Source: Eledone cirrhosa
Taxonomy: Eukaryota
Direction: 5' to 3'
DNA: 64,000 bases
NCBI GenBank assembly: GCA_964016885.1
Contig: OZ024740.1
Location: 59,768,001-59,832,000 of the forward strand
Under the pieces are notes generated by a model. The model searched no databases and was not told where the DNA came from. It worked only from the letters and a program-made list of their open reading frames with translations. Numbering within the stretch: position 1 is the stretch's first letter; every line of letters begins with the position of its first letter. This document shows positions 14,916 through 28,581 of the stretch, piece after piece. The position numbers and the translations under genes are program-made.

Positions 14916-15015
14916 GATTTATATATATATATATTACCTGTACACTAGACACAGAGCTCTGGTTAGAAACCATTAGTAACAAAAACAAATCCTCCATTCC
15001 CATTATGCCAAACCC

Positions 15016-15906
15016 ATGACTTCCAAATATCTGATCCACCGAAACTCAGCTGTTTCGGACCACACCAAAATCAACATACTGATTGCGCATTTGGTACGGG
15101 TGATGAGAAACGTGTCCCGCATGTGCAACCCCGAAGAACTAGAGAGACACATACAACACTTCATCCACCGTATGCAGTTCTCTGGTTACAATCAGAGAGA
15201 TAAAATCAGAGTGTATAGAGGAGCCAGAACCAAATGGGAAAAAATGGTAAATAATGATACAAATGGGACCTGCCCCTTATATAGGAGCAAATTTTGGAAT
15301 AGAATAGAAAGAACTAGGAATAAGGCTAATAGAATAAACTCATGGTATGATAGCAATAAATACCAGAGTGTAATGTTCATCGATACAACCCCTAGAGGTG
15401 AATTAGCTTACAAATTTAGAAGGGCCCTAGATAAACATAAACTCAATATTAAGATAGTAGAAAGACCAGGTACCTCCATAAAAACACTTATTAGCAATTC
15501 ATACCCTTTTCAAAGACCTCACTGTATAGATAAGAAATGTATAATCTGTAAACTAAGCCCCTATATTAACTGTAAAACTAGAAATGTAGTATATAGCATA
15601 AGATGTACTGAAGGACAATGTAGAGATAAGAATATAGTGTACATAGGTGAGACAGCTCGTAGTATAGGAGAACGGATAAATGAACACTGGCGAGAGCTTC
15701 AAGATAGAAAAGAATCATCTGTACTCTACCAACATGCTAAAATAGAACATAAGGGTAAATTAGAGAACATAGAAATAAAAATAGAATCTACACACAGAAA
15801 AGACGCACTGTTTAGACAAATCACAGGGGCAATAAACATAAATGAACTCCAACCAAAATTAAATAGAAAACATGAATGGAATAGCAACATCACAACTTAC
15901 AATTAA
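15016..15906 (+). CDS. Penelope-like element ORF, 5'-truncated (RT thumb plus GIY-YIG endonuclease); element spans about 14940-16340
   Basis: Cys cluster, NVVYSIRC...VYIGETARSIGERINEH, open for 296 aa. Confidence 0.85.
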   Translation: MTSKYLIHRNSAVSDHTKINILIAHLVRVMRNVSRMCNPEELERHIQHFIHRMQFSGYNQRDKIRVYRGARTKWEKMVNNDTNGTCPLYRSKFWNRIERTRNKANRINSWYDSNKYQSVMFIDTTPRGELAYKFRRALDKHKLNIKIVERPGTSIKTLISNSYPFQRPHCIDKKCIICKLSPYINCKTRNVVYSIRCTEGQCRDKNIVYIGETARSIGERINEHWRELQDRKESSVLYQHAKIEHKGKLENIEIKIESTHRKDALFRQITGAININELQPKLNRKHEWNSNITTYN

Positions 15907-16386
15907 GGACAAAATGAAAACACACACACACATAGAACAAACAACCAACCAGTAACATGTAAATAAACAAATAAATAAACAAATATAAACACACAGAGAC
16001 ACCCGGATGTAACACATGCGCAAACTAAGCACACAACACACACACAAACAAGATGGCGTAGGACAGACCAAAGGAGAGGCACAAAAACAAAGAAAACAAT
16101 CCCAGTCACTGAAGAGGCCACAGAATGTGTTACAAAAGAACTTTGACAATATATGAACAACCGTCCGGTTGTAGAACCAACCAACCAACCGGAAATTTAT
16201 AAATTTAATTTATAATAAATTGGAGTGAAAGCAACTGGTGCGTGTGTTTCTTATTGGCTACATGACCCTCCCAAAGCATAACAATATCGGTTTCAACACA
16301 CGTTTTCAGATAAAGAATCTTTCTAAACAAATTCAGAAACGAAATATATATATATATATATGTATGTATAAATGTATATTTATATA

Positions 16387-16503
<117 letters not shown>

Positions 16504-16530
16504 ATGTATGAATGTAGATTTATATATATA

Positions 16531-16562
<32 letters not shown>

Positions 16563-16564
<2 letters not shown>

Positions 16565-18441
16565 TGGTTACATAACAGTTAGTTCACGAAAGTCCGAAAA
16601 GTTTCTAGTTGATAAGAAAATTAGGATGTTGTGATTCAATCCGGAGCTTTGTAGTTATGTAAGAGGTGTTTCGAGACGTGTGGACAACGTGTGAAGAATT
16701 CATTTCTCGTGTTTAGGCAATCACTATTGCATAATCTCTTTAGAATATTTATTCGTTCATCAATACATAGTCCACACGACGGATTTCCCCTTGCGTATGG
16801 CTTGGACTTAGTGATGGATTTCCATTGAACAGAGTAGTCTTTACTTGAGTCCTTGCGGGACCATACGTGAACGCGAGTTTCGTGGATGAACGTCTGTCCG
16901 GGTACCTAAAGTTCGACTGGTGGTTCAGGAAGCGTTCATTAAATCGGCCCTCCGCCATACCCACATAGGATTTGACTTCCTGTGGTTGATTTGGTCGGTT
17001 GGAAGTGACCACAGCTTCATTAATTACAGCGGGTGTGTTGCATTGCTGTTGAAGGGGACAAGCTTCGGGCTTACGGCAAGAGCACCCTGGTGGGGTGTTG
17101 CCCTTGGGATCGTTTGACAGTGCTGACATATGCGACTTGGCTGGCCTATTTATTTTAGATATATTATGTGTTAGATTCCCGGACTTCCACACGGGAATAT
17201 ACCGCGACGACGGACTGACCTTAGCTTCTACCTTCAATGAGTTAGGATTTAGGATAACAGTAGCTACCAACCTCTCTAGCGTAGATTTCTTAGACATTAA
17301 TTTAGACTTTCGCACACACACCTACAGACCCTTCCATAAGCTAAACAAAAATCTCAATTACATTCACAAGGACTCATGCCACCCTCCCACTGTTTTTAGA
17401 AACTTCGTAAATAATATCAGTACTAGAATCTCAAACCTCTCCTCTAATAAGGCTATCTTTGACAGGGCGGCACCCTACTATAAGACGGCGTTAGCTAACA
17501 GCGGCTTCTCGCAACCTATCACTTATTCTCCCACTATCAACAACAGCAAAGAAAGCGTAACAATAGACAAACTATCTGGTTCTCTCCTCCCTTCTCACTC
17601 AACGTTAAAACCAATATAGGCAAAAAATTCCTAGCCCTCTTAGATAGACACTTTCCCATACGTCATAAATACCGCTCCATCTTTAACCGACACAAAGTAA
17701 AACTAGGATACTCCTGCGCTAAGAACATGAAGGCCCACATCACCAACAGCCCTAAGAGCAACACCCCACCAGGGCGCTCTTGCCGTAAGCCCGAAGCTTG
17801 TCCCCTTCAACAGCAATGCAACACACCCGCTGTAATTTATGAAGCTGTGGTTACTTCCAACCGACCAAATCAACCACAGGAGGTCAAATCCACGAAACTC
17901 GCGAGCCACGTATGGTCCCGCAAGGACTCAAGTATAGACTACTCCATTCAATGGAAAGCCATCACTAAGTACAAGCCATACGCAAGGGGAAATCCGTCAT
18001 GTGGACTACGTATTGATGAACGAATAAATATTCTAAAGAGATTATGCAATAGTGATTGCCTAAACACGAGAAATGAGTTCTTCACACGTTGTCCACACGT
18101 CTCGAAACACCTCTTACATAACTACAAAGCTCCGGATTGAATCACAACAACTTCCTAATTTTCTTATCAACTAGAAACTTTTCGGACTTTCGCAGTTATC
18201 TCCCTTACACCTCTCGCACGCTTTCTTGTATTGCCTGTGTGGAGTGACGGTTTCTGCGCATGCGCGTTCGTACGGTTGTCCTTCCTGTTCCGTATAACCA
18301 TGTCCATTACGAGCTGAGGATCCGCTAAGGTGAAACAATTGTTATCGGTATGGTGAACTAACTGTTGTGTAACCACTTCTACCTAACTCGTCCCATGGAC
18401 TGAGTGCTCTACTACTACGGATATTACCTTCCAGTGTTCTA

Positions 18442-18443
<2 letters not shown>
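16563..18443 (+). mobile_element. Penelope-like element, 5'-truncated, with inverted 5' arm (16563-17104)
   Basis: RT motifs GSFDSADICDLAG, GIYRDDGL, DFLDINLD (17105-17619); GIY-YIG region 17727-18140; inserted in (TA)n. Confidence 0.9.
18310..18347 (+). ncRNA. Minimal type I hammerhead ribozyme in PLE terminal repeat
   Basis: cgag CTGAGGA t-cc-gctaa-gg-t GAAA caattg TT atcg (one stem I mismatch). Confidence 0.7.
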
Positions 18444-18494
<51 letters not shown>

Positions 18495-19199
18495 CTACAT
18501 ACATACATACATTTACGTATGTATATAGCTATGCATTTATACATTTGTATATATATATACATGCATTTATATTTAAGTGTGTAAGGATGCTGACATGATT
18601 TATGTTGTTTTTGTTTTTTTTTGGTAATGAGAAAATTCTGTCTCCAGATTTTATTACCTAGGGAGATTAAATACCACAGCTCTGGCTGAAAGCTAACCAG
18701 GTTCTCAACCTCATCAAACACTAACGCCGGTCTGTGTGTGTATATATATATGTGTGTGTGTATGTATGTATGTATATATGTATGTATGTATGTATGTACG
18801 TATGCATGTGTGTGTATGTTCGTATGTATGTATATGTATTCACCCACACCCTTCACCACCATTGCTTCTTTTTGTTGTCAATTCTGTTGAAGTTGTTCTT
18901 GTAACTGTTGTAAAAGTTGACGTTCTTATTTTCATTTTCTTTGACTTTTTTTTGTTTTTCTTTTATCTCCCTATTTATTTATTTTTGTTTCCTTCATTCA
19001 AATGCATTCACACTGGCTGTCTAAGAGACGTACAAATATGACTTATAAAACTTACCAAACTAAAGAGGCTCCCAGCCCCCCCCCCCCCCCCTCCAAAACG
19101 CCCCCTCGAGCCCCGAAATGCCCCCGGGGGAATATAGCCCCCGTTGAGAACTTTTGCTGTAGAGGATAGACGTGGAATACTGATGTCCATATGCTTCTT

Positions 19200-20685
19200 G
19201 AGAATGGATACACTTTATGGTGATCTTGAGAAGAATGTTGGAATAACGAAAATGTTTGAGAAAAATATTCTTGCAGTCTGTGTAATACTTACTGCATTTC
19301 TCATTATTAAATTAAGTTCCTGTGCATAACAGTGAATGAAATGAGCATTACTATAAACTCCTGATTTTTTTGCTTTTCATGACATTTGCACCATCAAATG
19401 TCTGGGCTTTCAGTTTTTGTTCATTTTCTTGAAGGATTACGTCTAAGTACTCTAGAATACGTTTTGATATGCCATCTGCAGTTTGATTTTCTGGAATAAA
19501 GAATCCCCCAAAACACTCAAATATTTCTTCATACATGTACCGTACAACAATAACCATTTGAGTGTGTTCCAAAAGATCTGTTATGTCATCAGCCATGAAA
19601 GCTACAGACGAAGCTTCTCTAATTTCTGTCCTTATCTCCTCGTGGTATATTTGTAGCAGGCAATCAAGTATCTCATTCTGAATGGTCTTAGAAACAGCTT
19701 TGAGCTTACTGGTTTCTAAGGGATTCTTCAAATCTTTCTTCTTTCTTTCCTTTATCATTATTGTTCAATAAATTTATATTATTATATTTTTATACGGCCC
19801 CTGCCATTCTCAGTTCAAATCCCGCCGAGGTTAACTTTGTCTTTAAAATAAAGTACTAGTAATGCACTGGGTAATTACTAGCCTTGTGCCAAAAGTAGAA
19901 ACAATTGTTATATTTTTATACACGATTTAGATATTATATTTGTAATGTCCATCTGAATGAATTGCAAGCAATTTATAATGTTATTTACGTATTTATAATG
20001 TTATTTATGTATATATTTAAAACATATCTGCAATGTTATTGTAAATTTATACAATTGTAAATAAAAATAACTTCTGTTAAATTTATTTAGATGCAAAATT
20101 TATTAAACCTCTAAATACCCCTGGATTTACTGAATCATCTTTTTTATCATGTCCATGTAAGTGAGTTTCAAAGTTTCTACAAAATAAAATACAGTCTATT
20201 ATTTTGGATAAAATTACACGGTTCTTTTTAACCTTCATGTTATGCTCATTGATTGAAAGTCTGTATGCCTTAGTAAGTTTCTCTTTAATATTTACGTTTC
20301 CTAAAAGTGACAGTGAAACCACATTTTCAACTTACTTCTTTGACGTCTCATGTTTTTCAGTTTTTTCTTTCATTTTGTTTATATTTCTAAAATCGTCTAT
20401 TGTCCACGTTACATCACCTCCAAACAGCAAATACTGGAAGCAAAACAATGCATTTTTCACTTCACAGCTGCAGAGCCAACTTTTCCGTTGGTACCATTCA
20501 GAATTAAAGCTACGAATATACCTCTTGTTGTTGCTTATTCCTGGCTGAGATATTTGAATATCAGGTGTTGAACGGCCTCTTTGCTTAACTGTAACTTTCT
20601 CATGGAGAGACAACTGTGAAAACTTATACTGTTGAAGTTCACTTACTGTCACAAAACTTATTTCTTGGGGATGCAAGGAGGTCAT
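19200..20685 (-). pseudogene. hAT transposase N-terminal and central fragments
   Basis: RSFNSEWYQRKSWL...LFCFQYLLF (TTF zinc finger), GHD...NPGVFRGL, SKTIQNEIL, FMADDITD, QTFDGANVM. Confidence 0.85.
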
Positions 20686-21379
20686 GGTTAAATTATTTTA
20701 ATTTTTAATACAATAAAACAACTGAAAAAAACTATGAATTAAATAGAATAGCTGGAACCATGATAATCATCTACAGTTTATCACATTCAAGAATATGGTA
20801 CATGGTTTTTAAGCACAACACACACTGAGTCAAAAATAAACACCACCTTACACTTGGACAATAGAGTCGGCACTGCGTGAGCGACAGTGCTGTCTCTAAC
20901 TAGCGTTCAGCTTCTTTCCTCGAACATGTGCACATGCGCACAACAGCCAAACACTGCATCACTGGAACTGTGAAGCACACAGGTCCATACAAGAATTTTA
21001 TAATTTTTCATTAAGCTTAAGGATTCAATAATATATTAGTATAAAGAAAGACTCATTATATTGAATGTTATCGATAATATCGAGTGAAAATAGGGGGTGC
21101 TGCAGTGCCGCAGTGCCTATACACGAGCCACCACTGATTCTGGTACCAGTTAATTTTCTCCTTCTCCTTTTCTTGCACTCTTGTGTCAAAGAGGCAAGCT
21201 ACATCTATAACCAAGCAACATATTTTTCCCTGTCAAAAACCACCAGATCAGGCCTATTGTGTTCTAATTATTTGTCCATTTCTATCACTGACTCTCGCTT
21301 ATGCTCCTAGCATTTCTCAGTTTGCATAAATGCCAGTGAACAACCTTTCCTGTGATGCCATGTCTCCAGCCTTTATAGT

Positions 21380-22250
21380 GAGTCTGGGCTAGGTGTTTAC
21401 ACTCGGATACGATGTGAGCCACAGTTTCCTCTCTCTCTCTCCACAGATCCTACACAGCAGGCTAGCTTCCCCCTTGTCAATATGGTGGTTCATCCATCAT
21501 CGGATAGAATTTGTGATATTCGTTCTGACTCTCCGCTCCATCGAAACCTCAGGCGAAAGGTGTGGGTGAATACATATACATACATACGAACATACACACA
21601 CATGCATACGTACATACATACATACATACATACATACATACATACATACATACATACATACATACATGGTGGCTGCCAACTCGTTTTCGAGTACGGCCAC
21701 TACTTTATATCCACGTAGGAGAACCCCCACCGATGCGCTGAACGAGTGTGACTTTTTAGTCCAGCCAGCGACTTGAAAACCCTGGTACAAACACTACACT
21801 TGTGACAATTACTGACACATAGTGCTGGGCCCATGGTACCATGTGATGACAAGTGCAGAGAGATCTCCAGATATAAAGCAATGCCTGTGCCGTGAAGCTT
21901 TTATAGTGAGCAAAGGCACTGCACAAAGCCAGTCCCACTCTCTTAACCAAGATGATATTTACCAAAAAGAAGAACAAGTCAACATCATTGGATACCATCA
22001 GGGTTGCAGGTGTTATATCAGAGTTTTCCTTCTCCTAGAATTCTGCCTTGACAAAGGCTAAGGGGTCATCTCTCCCGGTGATTTTGGATGGCCATTGACT
22101 CTTAAGAGCTCCTTTGCCCTTTGACAGGTTTTGTTTTTAGTCCTGCAGGATGTCCAAAGTCACCCTCCTCACCAAGAAACCTTGGTGGGGTTGCCAGTTT
22201 AGTCGCCAACGACCCGACCATACATACATACATACATACATACATACAAT
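21380..22250 (+). mobile_element. Fragments of a retroposon family with (CATA)n tails
   Basis: Two segments ending in (CATA)n; homologous pieces at 40244-40320 and 44930-45160. Confidence 0.45.
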
Positions 22251-22643
22251 TTCGTGTCCTATATTTCCCCATTGTTTTTCTCCCTTCGCTTTGACCTGAC
22301 CCCGGATAGATAGGGTGGCTGAATGAGATGGGGGCACATAGTGACAGGGCTACAGGGAGTGATGCCAGGATTGACCAATACTACAAGTTGGTATATGTGA
22401 CTAAAGTGTCACTGATAATGGCCGCGACAGGAATGCCACTGACAGCTAGTGCCATGGGTGGGTGGTGATGGTAGTGGTGGTGGGGTAACATCCTTACAAT
22501 GCTATAAATAGGTACTGATGCAGTCTCTAGTTTATAGGGGAGCTGATATTGAGAGAAGAGAGATTGGATTTTATCAGTTCCCTTTATCTCTCCACCATGG
22601 GTTCTCCTGAGAACCAGGGGTGGATAAAATAATGTTCAGAAGA

Positions 22644-22707
22644 CCATCTGAAGAGGCCGGGTTAATACACTGTACAGTCGTTAAGCCCGTCAAAACATTT
22701 GTAATGG
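22644..22707 (+). ncRNA. Type I hammerhead relic (G12 to A)
   Basis: ccat CTGAAGA ggccgggttaa...ttaagcccgtc AAAA catttg TA atgg. Confidence 0.6.
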
Positions 22708-22759
22708 AAAATTTCCGAATGAATTGTTGTAAAAACCCATTATGCATACTTATTTTTCA

Positions 22760-22795
<36 letters not shown>

Positions 22796-22799
22796 TTGT

Positions 22800-22943
22800 G
22801 TATCCCGGGTTCAATCGGGGGTAACCACAGTAAGTAAGGTATTCAATACATAGCAGTGTATATATATTTAATATAGAAATGGCTTCTACAGGACTAGAAC
22901 TGTTTCATTCGAAGGAAATTCTCAGGAAAGCTTTCCTTCGAAT
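22800..22943 (-). mobile_element. PLE terminal-repeat fragment (family C) with core-mutated HHR at 22882-22931
   Basis: Homologous to 25572-25710; core reads CTGAGAA. Confidence 0.6.
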
Positions 22944-22949
22944 ATATAC

Positions 22950-25513
22950 TAATATATATATATAAATTAATAAAAATAATGAATAAAAACAAAGAAACAG
23001 TTCTTTATATTAAAAAATTCATCATTTTACGATCGTTTCTAGGATATATATGTGTGTGTTGGTATGTATATCGTATAGATCTATGTAAAATGTTTACAAA
23101 CTATCAGAGGGAATATACATACCTACACATATATATGCTGTCTTCAGAAATAATGATATTTGTTTATTGAAAAAAACCAACAAAGATTTAATATAATAGG
23201 TCTGTTTGGAAACAGGTTTTGAATTGACCAATAGAAAAGTAGTTAGAGGTCAAGTTGATAGAATAGTAGTAGTAGAAATTTAATTTAGGGGTAGAGGAAT
23301 ACAGACTTCAGTTTTGAATGGAAAGAGTATTTTGAATGAAAAGATTACTTTGGGGATGAAAATAGGTCAAGCCGGTGAAAGGTACACGAAAATTTGATGT
23401 TATTAAAGAATAATGCTAATGTTAAAATCTAAGGAGAATAAAATTTTACGATAAATGTGTTAGTGAAAAATAACAATCTTATTTAAAACATAAGGAATTT
23501 AGATCTATAAAAAGAAATTAAATTAATTTAATTGATAGGTATATTTATAGGGATAAATTTATATTAATTCATATAGATATGATAAATAAGAGTTAGATGT
23601 TATTAAAGAATGTTGTTAAAAACGAAGGAAAAAATATGGGGGGGGGGATACATGTATTAGTGAGAAATAACAAGCTTATATAGATTACAAGGAATTTAGA
23701 TTCATAACAGGAAATTAAAATAGTTTATATGTATACTTATTGGTATAAATTTTAGGAAAAGATAGCTGTAAAAGGGAAATAAAATTATGCAATTCTTAAT
23801 AGTAGAATATTAATTATAGGTTAACTAATTTAAAAAAATTAATTATAATAATTTGTAAAATATAAGTGTATATTAATTAGGTTTATAATATTTGAAAGTT
23901 TTTCTAATTCTATGATTGCACGATATTATTAATTCTTGTCGCTTATTTAATAGGATATCCTTAGATTTCATTATTTCAAAAAGTTCCTGGGAACATAATC
24001 TACATTCATATCTATTATTTTGATAAGGGGTGGCCCTTTTGAGCACACTCCAGGTCAGGTTATAATCGATATTCTTTTTTCTATAATTATTACTTATTTC
24101 AGCTAAGGATGTTGTATTAGCTAATGCGGCATTTTTAAAACTGTGTTGGTGGGTATTGAATCTTACTTTAAATTGGTTAGAAGTAGCTCCTATATATGAA
24201 TAAGTTGAGTCCTTAGTGCTAATTTTACATTTATATACTATGTTATTAATAAGGCAATTTCCTTTTAATGGGAAATTTGCTTTGTTTCTACAGTTACAAC
24301 CTTTCGTGAATGTTATATCAGGGGAGTTAGTCAAATTAGGTGTGGAATTTTCTCGACTTGTTGTATGTGAATGAGATGGTGGTTTGCTGTGGTTTATTTT
24401 AGTATTATGGTTAGTTTGATGTGTTGGTTGTATATTCATGTTTTTTTTTTACATTTATATGCATTGTAGGCACTTATATTTTGTTGTATATTTTAGGTTG
24501 TGGAATAGGAGAATTTGACCGTTGATCTATTTAAAATGTGATGGCATTTATGGTTTGGCGGGAAGTTTTTCTCTAGGATAGTAAACAAATTTTGTTAGGT
24601 ATATTATCTTTAATTTGTAGATTTAATGGAGCATTATACCAAGTAACTCGTCTATTAAAGTTTCGATGTTGTTTTTTTATTTTTATACGATGTATCCTGA
24701 TGTTTACTAAGAGAATTAGTATTAGTGATTTTATTACACATATGTTTAGTTTGATTCACTGATTTAGGTGTTTTAGCCTGATTATTAGGAATTTTGTTAG
24801 AATGTTATTAACATATATTGGAATATTAGGATGAATGGCTTTTTGAAAGTTATTATATTGTATATTAGAAGAGGTAGAGAAATTAAGTTTTAAGTTGGTA
24901 TTTTTGGGTATAGTGTGAGTGGCATTTATGTGTGTATATTTCATTTGGTGTTTGTTGGTAATATTGGGTTGTATGTTTGTAGTTTTATTGGTACAAGGTA
25001 TATATACTAATTTGTCTTTGTGGCCGCTTCTAGCTAAAGCTTCGTTATAAAAGGTCGCATTTTTATCGAATACATCCTGGTTAGATGAAAGGTTAGAAAT
25101 TCTGAGTGAAATATTACATGCTAGGTTTTTAGGAAAGTTCTAATAAGTTTTTATTTTTTTCAATTTCTGATAGGCTAAGGTTAGTGGAAAGAAGAAGACA
25201 GTCATCACGATATAAACCACCTTTAAGGTGGGGAAAAGAAGCATTTATGTTAAATAGAAGAAAGAGGCCCACAAGATCGGTAATTTGGGCAAAATCACTA
25301 GAGCCCATAGTAATGTCGAATAGATTACTATATGTATTTCTGTATTTTTGGACCAGAAAACAGCTGGTGATATGCATGTAAGTAAATATTCTCTTTATCT
25401 GATATTTTGTAACTAACCTTACATTGATCAATAACGGAGTATAGCTACAATGTATTATCATCACCTAGAAACGATCGTAAAGCAGTGAAGTATATCTCTA
25501 ATGACTTGATTTT
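22950..25513 (-). mobile_element. Penelope-like element family A, 5'-truncated, with inverted 5' piece 25361-25513
   Basis: RT motifs FDITMGSSDFAQITDLVG, GLYRDD (25129-25360); GIY-YIG ORF 23873-24439 (CNC..CL..IVYKC..YIGAT). Confidence 0.9.
23020..23155 (-). ncRNA. Type I hammerhead with about 100-nt extended stem II
   Basis: cattattt CTGAAGA [101 nt] GAAA cgatcg TA aaatgatg. Confidence 0.75.
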
Positions 25514-25530
25514 TTATTTCATTGTTTTAA

Positions 25531-25573
<43 letters not shown>

Positions 25574-25655
25574 GTTATTCCGGGTTGAATCGGAGGTAAC
25601 CACAGTAAGTAAGGTACTCAATACATTGCAGAGTATAAAAGTTTTAATATAGATG

Positions 25656-25706
25656 AGATTCTACAGGACTAGAACTGTTTCATTCTTTAGAAATCATCAG
25701 GAATCT
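25656..25706 (-). ncRNA. Type I hammerhead ribozyme
   Basis: Reverse complement of 26049-26099. Confidence 0.8.
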
Positions 25707-26048
25707 GGGTATCAAAAAATAAATATGGTATTTATAGGTCTCTACAAGTGGTAGGAGAGGGTGGGGAGTGGGATGGGTGTAGGTCATTGGTTGATAGAAA
25801 AGGGAATTCATTAAAAGCTAATTCTACAAAGCTATAGTTTATTTTTATTAATTTTTGTTTTGTTTTTTAATTTTTGCTTTTATTTTTATTAATTTAACAA
25901 AAATTAATAAAAATAAACTATAGCTTTGTAGAATTAGCTTTTAATGAATTCCCTTTTCTATCAACCAATGACCTACACCCATCCCACTCCCCACCCTCTC
26001 CTACCACTTATAGAGACCTATAAATACCATATATATTTTTTGATACCC

Positions 26049-26099
26049 AGATTCCTGATGATTTCTAAAGAATGAAACAGTTCTAGTCCTGTAGAATCT
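26049..26099 (+). ncRNA. Type I hammerhead ribozyme
   Basis: agattc CTGATGA t-ttct-aa-agaa-t GAAA cag-ttctagtc-ctg TA gaatct. Confidence 0.8.
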
Positions 26100-26113
26100 C
26101 ATCTATATTAAAA

Positions 26114-26148
<35 letters not shown>

Positions 26149-26572
26149 CTTTTCCTGAGTCCAACCATTTTCGTTGCTCTGGTAATGCGGCTGGACTGCC
26201 AATCGCTATATTTGATTTGCTAAGCTGTCTAAACGTATTGTTATTACTCTGGGGTACTATTCACTATCGTGTGCTAAAGCTACATTCCGAATTTGCATTC
26301 GTTGGCTTGGCCGCAAACTAAGGCTTCTTTAATGCTGTACTAAAATTTGTATATATATACAGACGTACAGAAGTATGTATATATATACATACATGCACAC
26401 ATATATATATGTTCGGTAAACCCATACGTACATATATATATGTGTGTGCATGTATGTATATATATACATACTACTGTACGCCTGTATACATATATGTATG
26501 TGCGTATACATACTTATATTTAAGTAACAGCCGTACTAAGAGGGAGAAATGAAATTTCGTTTCATCTTTTCC

Positions 26573-26627
<55 letters not shown>

Positions 26628-26867
26628 AAAGCACCTACGTACGTTTCGCCCGAATATATATATATAATTGTTTCTACTTTAGGCACAAGGCCAGAAATAT
26701 ATATATATAATATATACATATATACATATAATATATATATATATATATAATATATATATATATATACATAGTGGTGGAACACTGGAAGGTAATATCCGTA
26801 GTGGTAGAGCACTCAGTCCAAGGGACGAGTTAGGTAGAAGTGGTTACACAACAGTTAGTTCACCATA

Positions 26868-26907
26868 CCGAGAACAATTGTTTCACCTTAGCGGATCTTC
26901 AGCTCGG
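26868..26907 (-). ncRNA. Minimal type I hammerhead ribozyme
   Basis: Reverse complement of 27885-27924. Confidence 0.8.
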
Positions 26908-27884
26908 GATGTGTATGGTTATAAGAACAGGAAGGACAACCGTACGAACGCGCATGCGCAGAAACTCGGTCACTTCACGCAGACAATACTAGACTGCGTG
27001 CGAGAGGTGTAAAGGAGATAACTGCGAAAGTCCGGAAAGTTTTTAGGTTGAAAATAAAATTAAAATAAAATAAAAAATAAAATTACAAAGAATCAGTCCG
27101 GAGCCTTGTAGTTATGCAATAGATGTTTGGTGACGTGTGGACAACGTGTGAAAAATTCTCTTCTCGTGTTTAGGCAATCACTATTGCGTAATCTCTTTAG
27201 TCAATACATAAGCCACGCGTCGGATTTCCCCTTGCGTATGGCTTGGACTTAGTGATGGCTTTCCATTGAATGGAGTAGCCTATACTTGAGTCCTTGAGGG
27301 ACCATACGTGGCTCGCGAGTTTCGTGGATGAACGTCTGTCCGGGTATCTGAAGGTAGACTGGTGGTTCAGGAAACGTTCCTTGAATCGGCCCTCCGCCAT
27401 GCCCACATAGGATTTGACCTCCTGTGGTTCGTTTGGTCGGTTGGAAGTGACCACAGCTTCATAGATTATAGCTGGTGAGTTGCATTGCTGTTGAAGGGGG
27501 CAAGCTTCAATGGAAAGCCATCACTAAATCCAAGCCATACGCAAGGGGAAATCCGACGTGTGGCTTATGTATTGACGAACGAATAACTATCCTAAAGAGA
27601 TAACGCAATAGTGATTTCCTAAACACGAGAAGTGAATTTTTCACACGTTGTCCACACGTCACCAAACATCTATTGCATAACTACAAGGCTCCGGACTGAT
27701 TCTTTGTAATTTTATTTTTTATTTTATTTTAATTTTATTTTCAACCTAAAAACTTTCCGGACTTTCGCAGTTATCTCCTTTACACCTCTCGCACGCAGTC
27801 TAGTATTGTCTGCGTGAAGTGACCGAGTTTCTGCGCATGCGCGTTCGTACGGTTGTCCTCCCTGTTCCTATAACCATACACATC

Positions 27885-27924
27885 CCGAGCTGAAGATCCG
27901 CTAAGGTGAAACAATTGTTCTCGG
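27885..27924 (+). ncRNA. Minimal type I hammerhead ribozyme
   Basis: ccgag CTGAAGA t-cc-gctaa-gg-t GAAA caattg TT ctcgg. Confidence 0.8.
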
Positions 27925-27952
27925 TATGGTGAACTAACTGTTGTGTAACCAC

Positions 27953-27988
<36 letters not shown>

Positions 27989-28098
27989 GGCCCTTGATAA
28001 ACCTGTTCTACATCATCCACTCTCATCCCAGGAACAGTATTTGATAGCGCTAGTTTGTGATTTAAATTCAGGAATTTTATATTCTTTGAATGAAAAGA

Positions 28099-28182
28099 AC
28101 CTTCTGACGAGAATCTCTCTTTGCAACGAGGGCCGTATGGCCTACGTTTTATTTTTGGGATTCGAAACCGATCGGTAAAGGT
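28099..28182 (+). ncRNA. Type I hammerhead ribozyme (array unit 1)
   Basis: acctt CTGACGA gaatctc...gggattc GAAA ccgatcgg TA aaggt; predicted cleavage after 28177. Confidence 0.88.
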
Positions 28183-28581
28183 AACTATAGTAGGTAAAGT
28201 CAATTTTTTAAAATTTATTTTGAAACTTTTTCATTATTTACTAAACCTTGTTTATATTTGTTCTGGCTCGTTAATTTATTAACCCGCCATTGAACCACAC
28301 TGGCACTGGGTTGGACAATACATGCGTACCTTGGCGCCTTGTGCGTGAAAGGACGTATTTCATATTACTACTACCTCCACATACGTTGAGAACAAACCGG
28401 GTCATTCCGACTGCTGCTGATAACAGCGGTGGCTAGTTCGACCTACCTCCTTTTGCCTCTATCTTTACTACGGCCTCTGATAAACCTGTTCTACATCATC
28501 CACTCTCATCCCAGGAACAGTATTTGATAGCGCTAGTTTGTGATTTAAATTCAGGAATTTTATATTCTTTGAATGAAAAGA

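Larger units (their letters stand above)
25572..26116. mobile_element. Inverted pair of PLE terminal-repeat fragments (family C) in (TA)n
   Basis: About 25640-25860 is the reverse complement of about 25895-26116. Confidence 0.75.
26770..27956. mobile_element. Head-to-head pair of PLE 3' ends (same family as 16563-18443)
   Basis: GIY-YIG fragment 27197-27454 (-); junction near 27508; about 450-bp inverted arms. Confidence 0.9.

Noticed and set aside
16100-16240. Possible HHR in the 3' region of the 15-kb PLE (ccagtca CTGAAGA ... gaaagcaactgg)
   Set aside because: Could not form a convincing stem II or UH site; left uncalled
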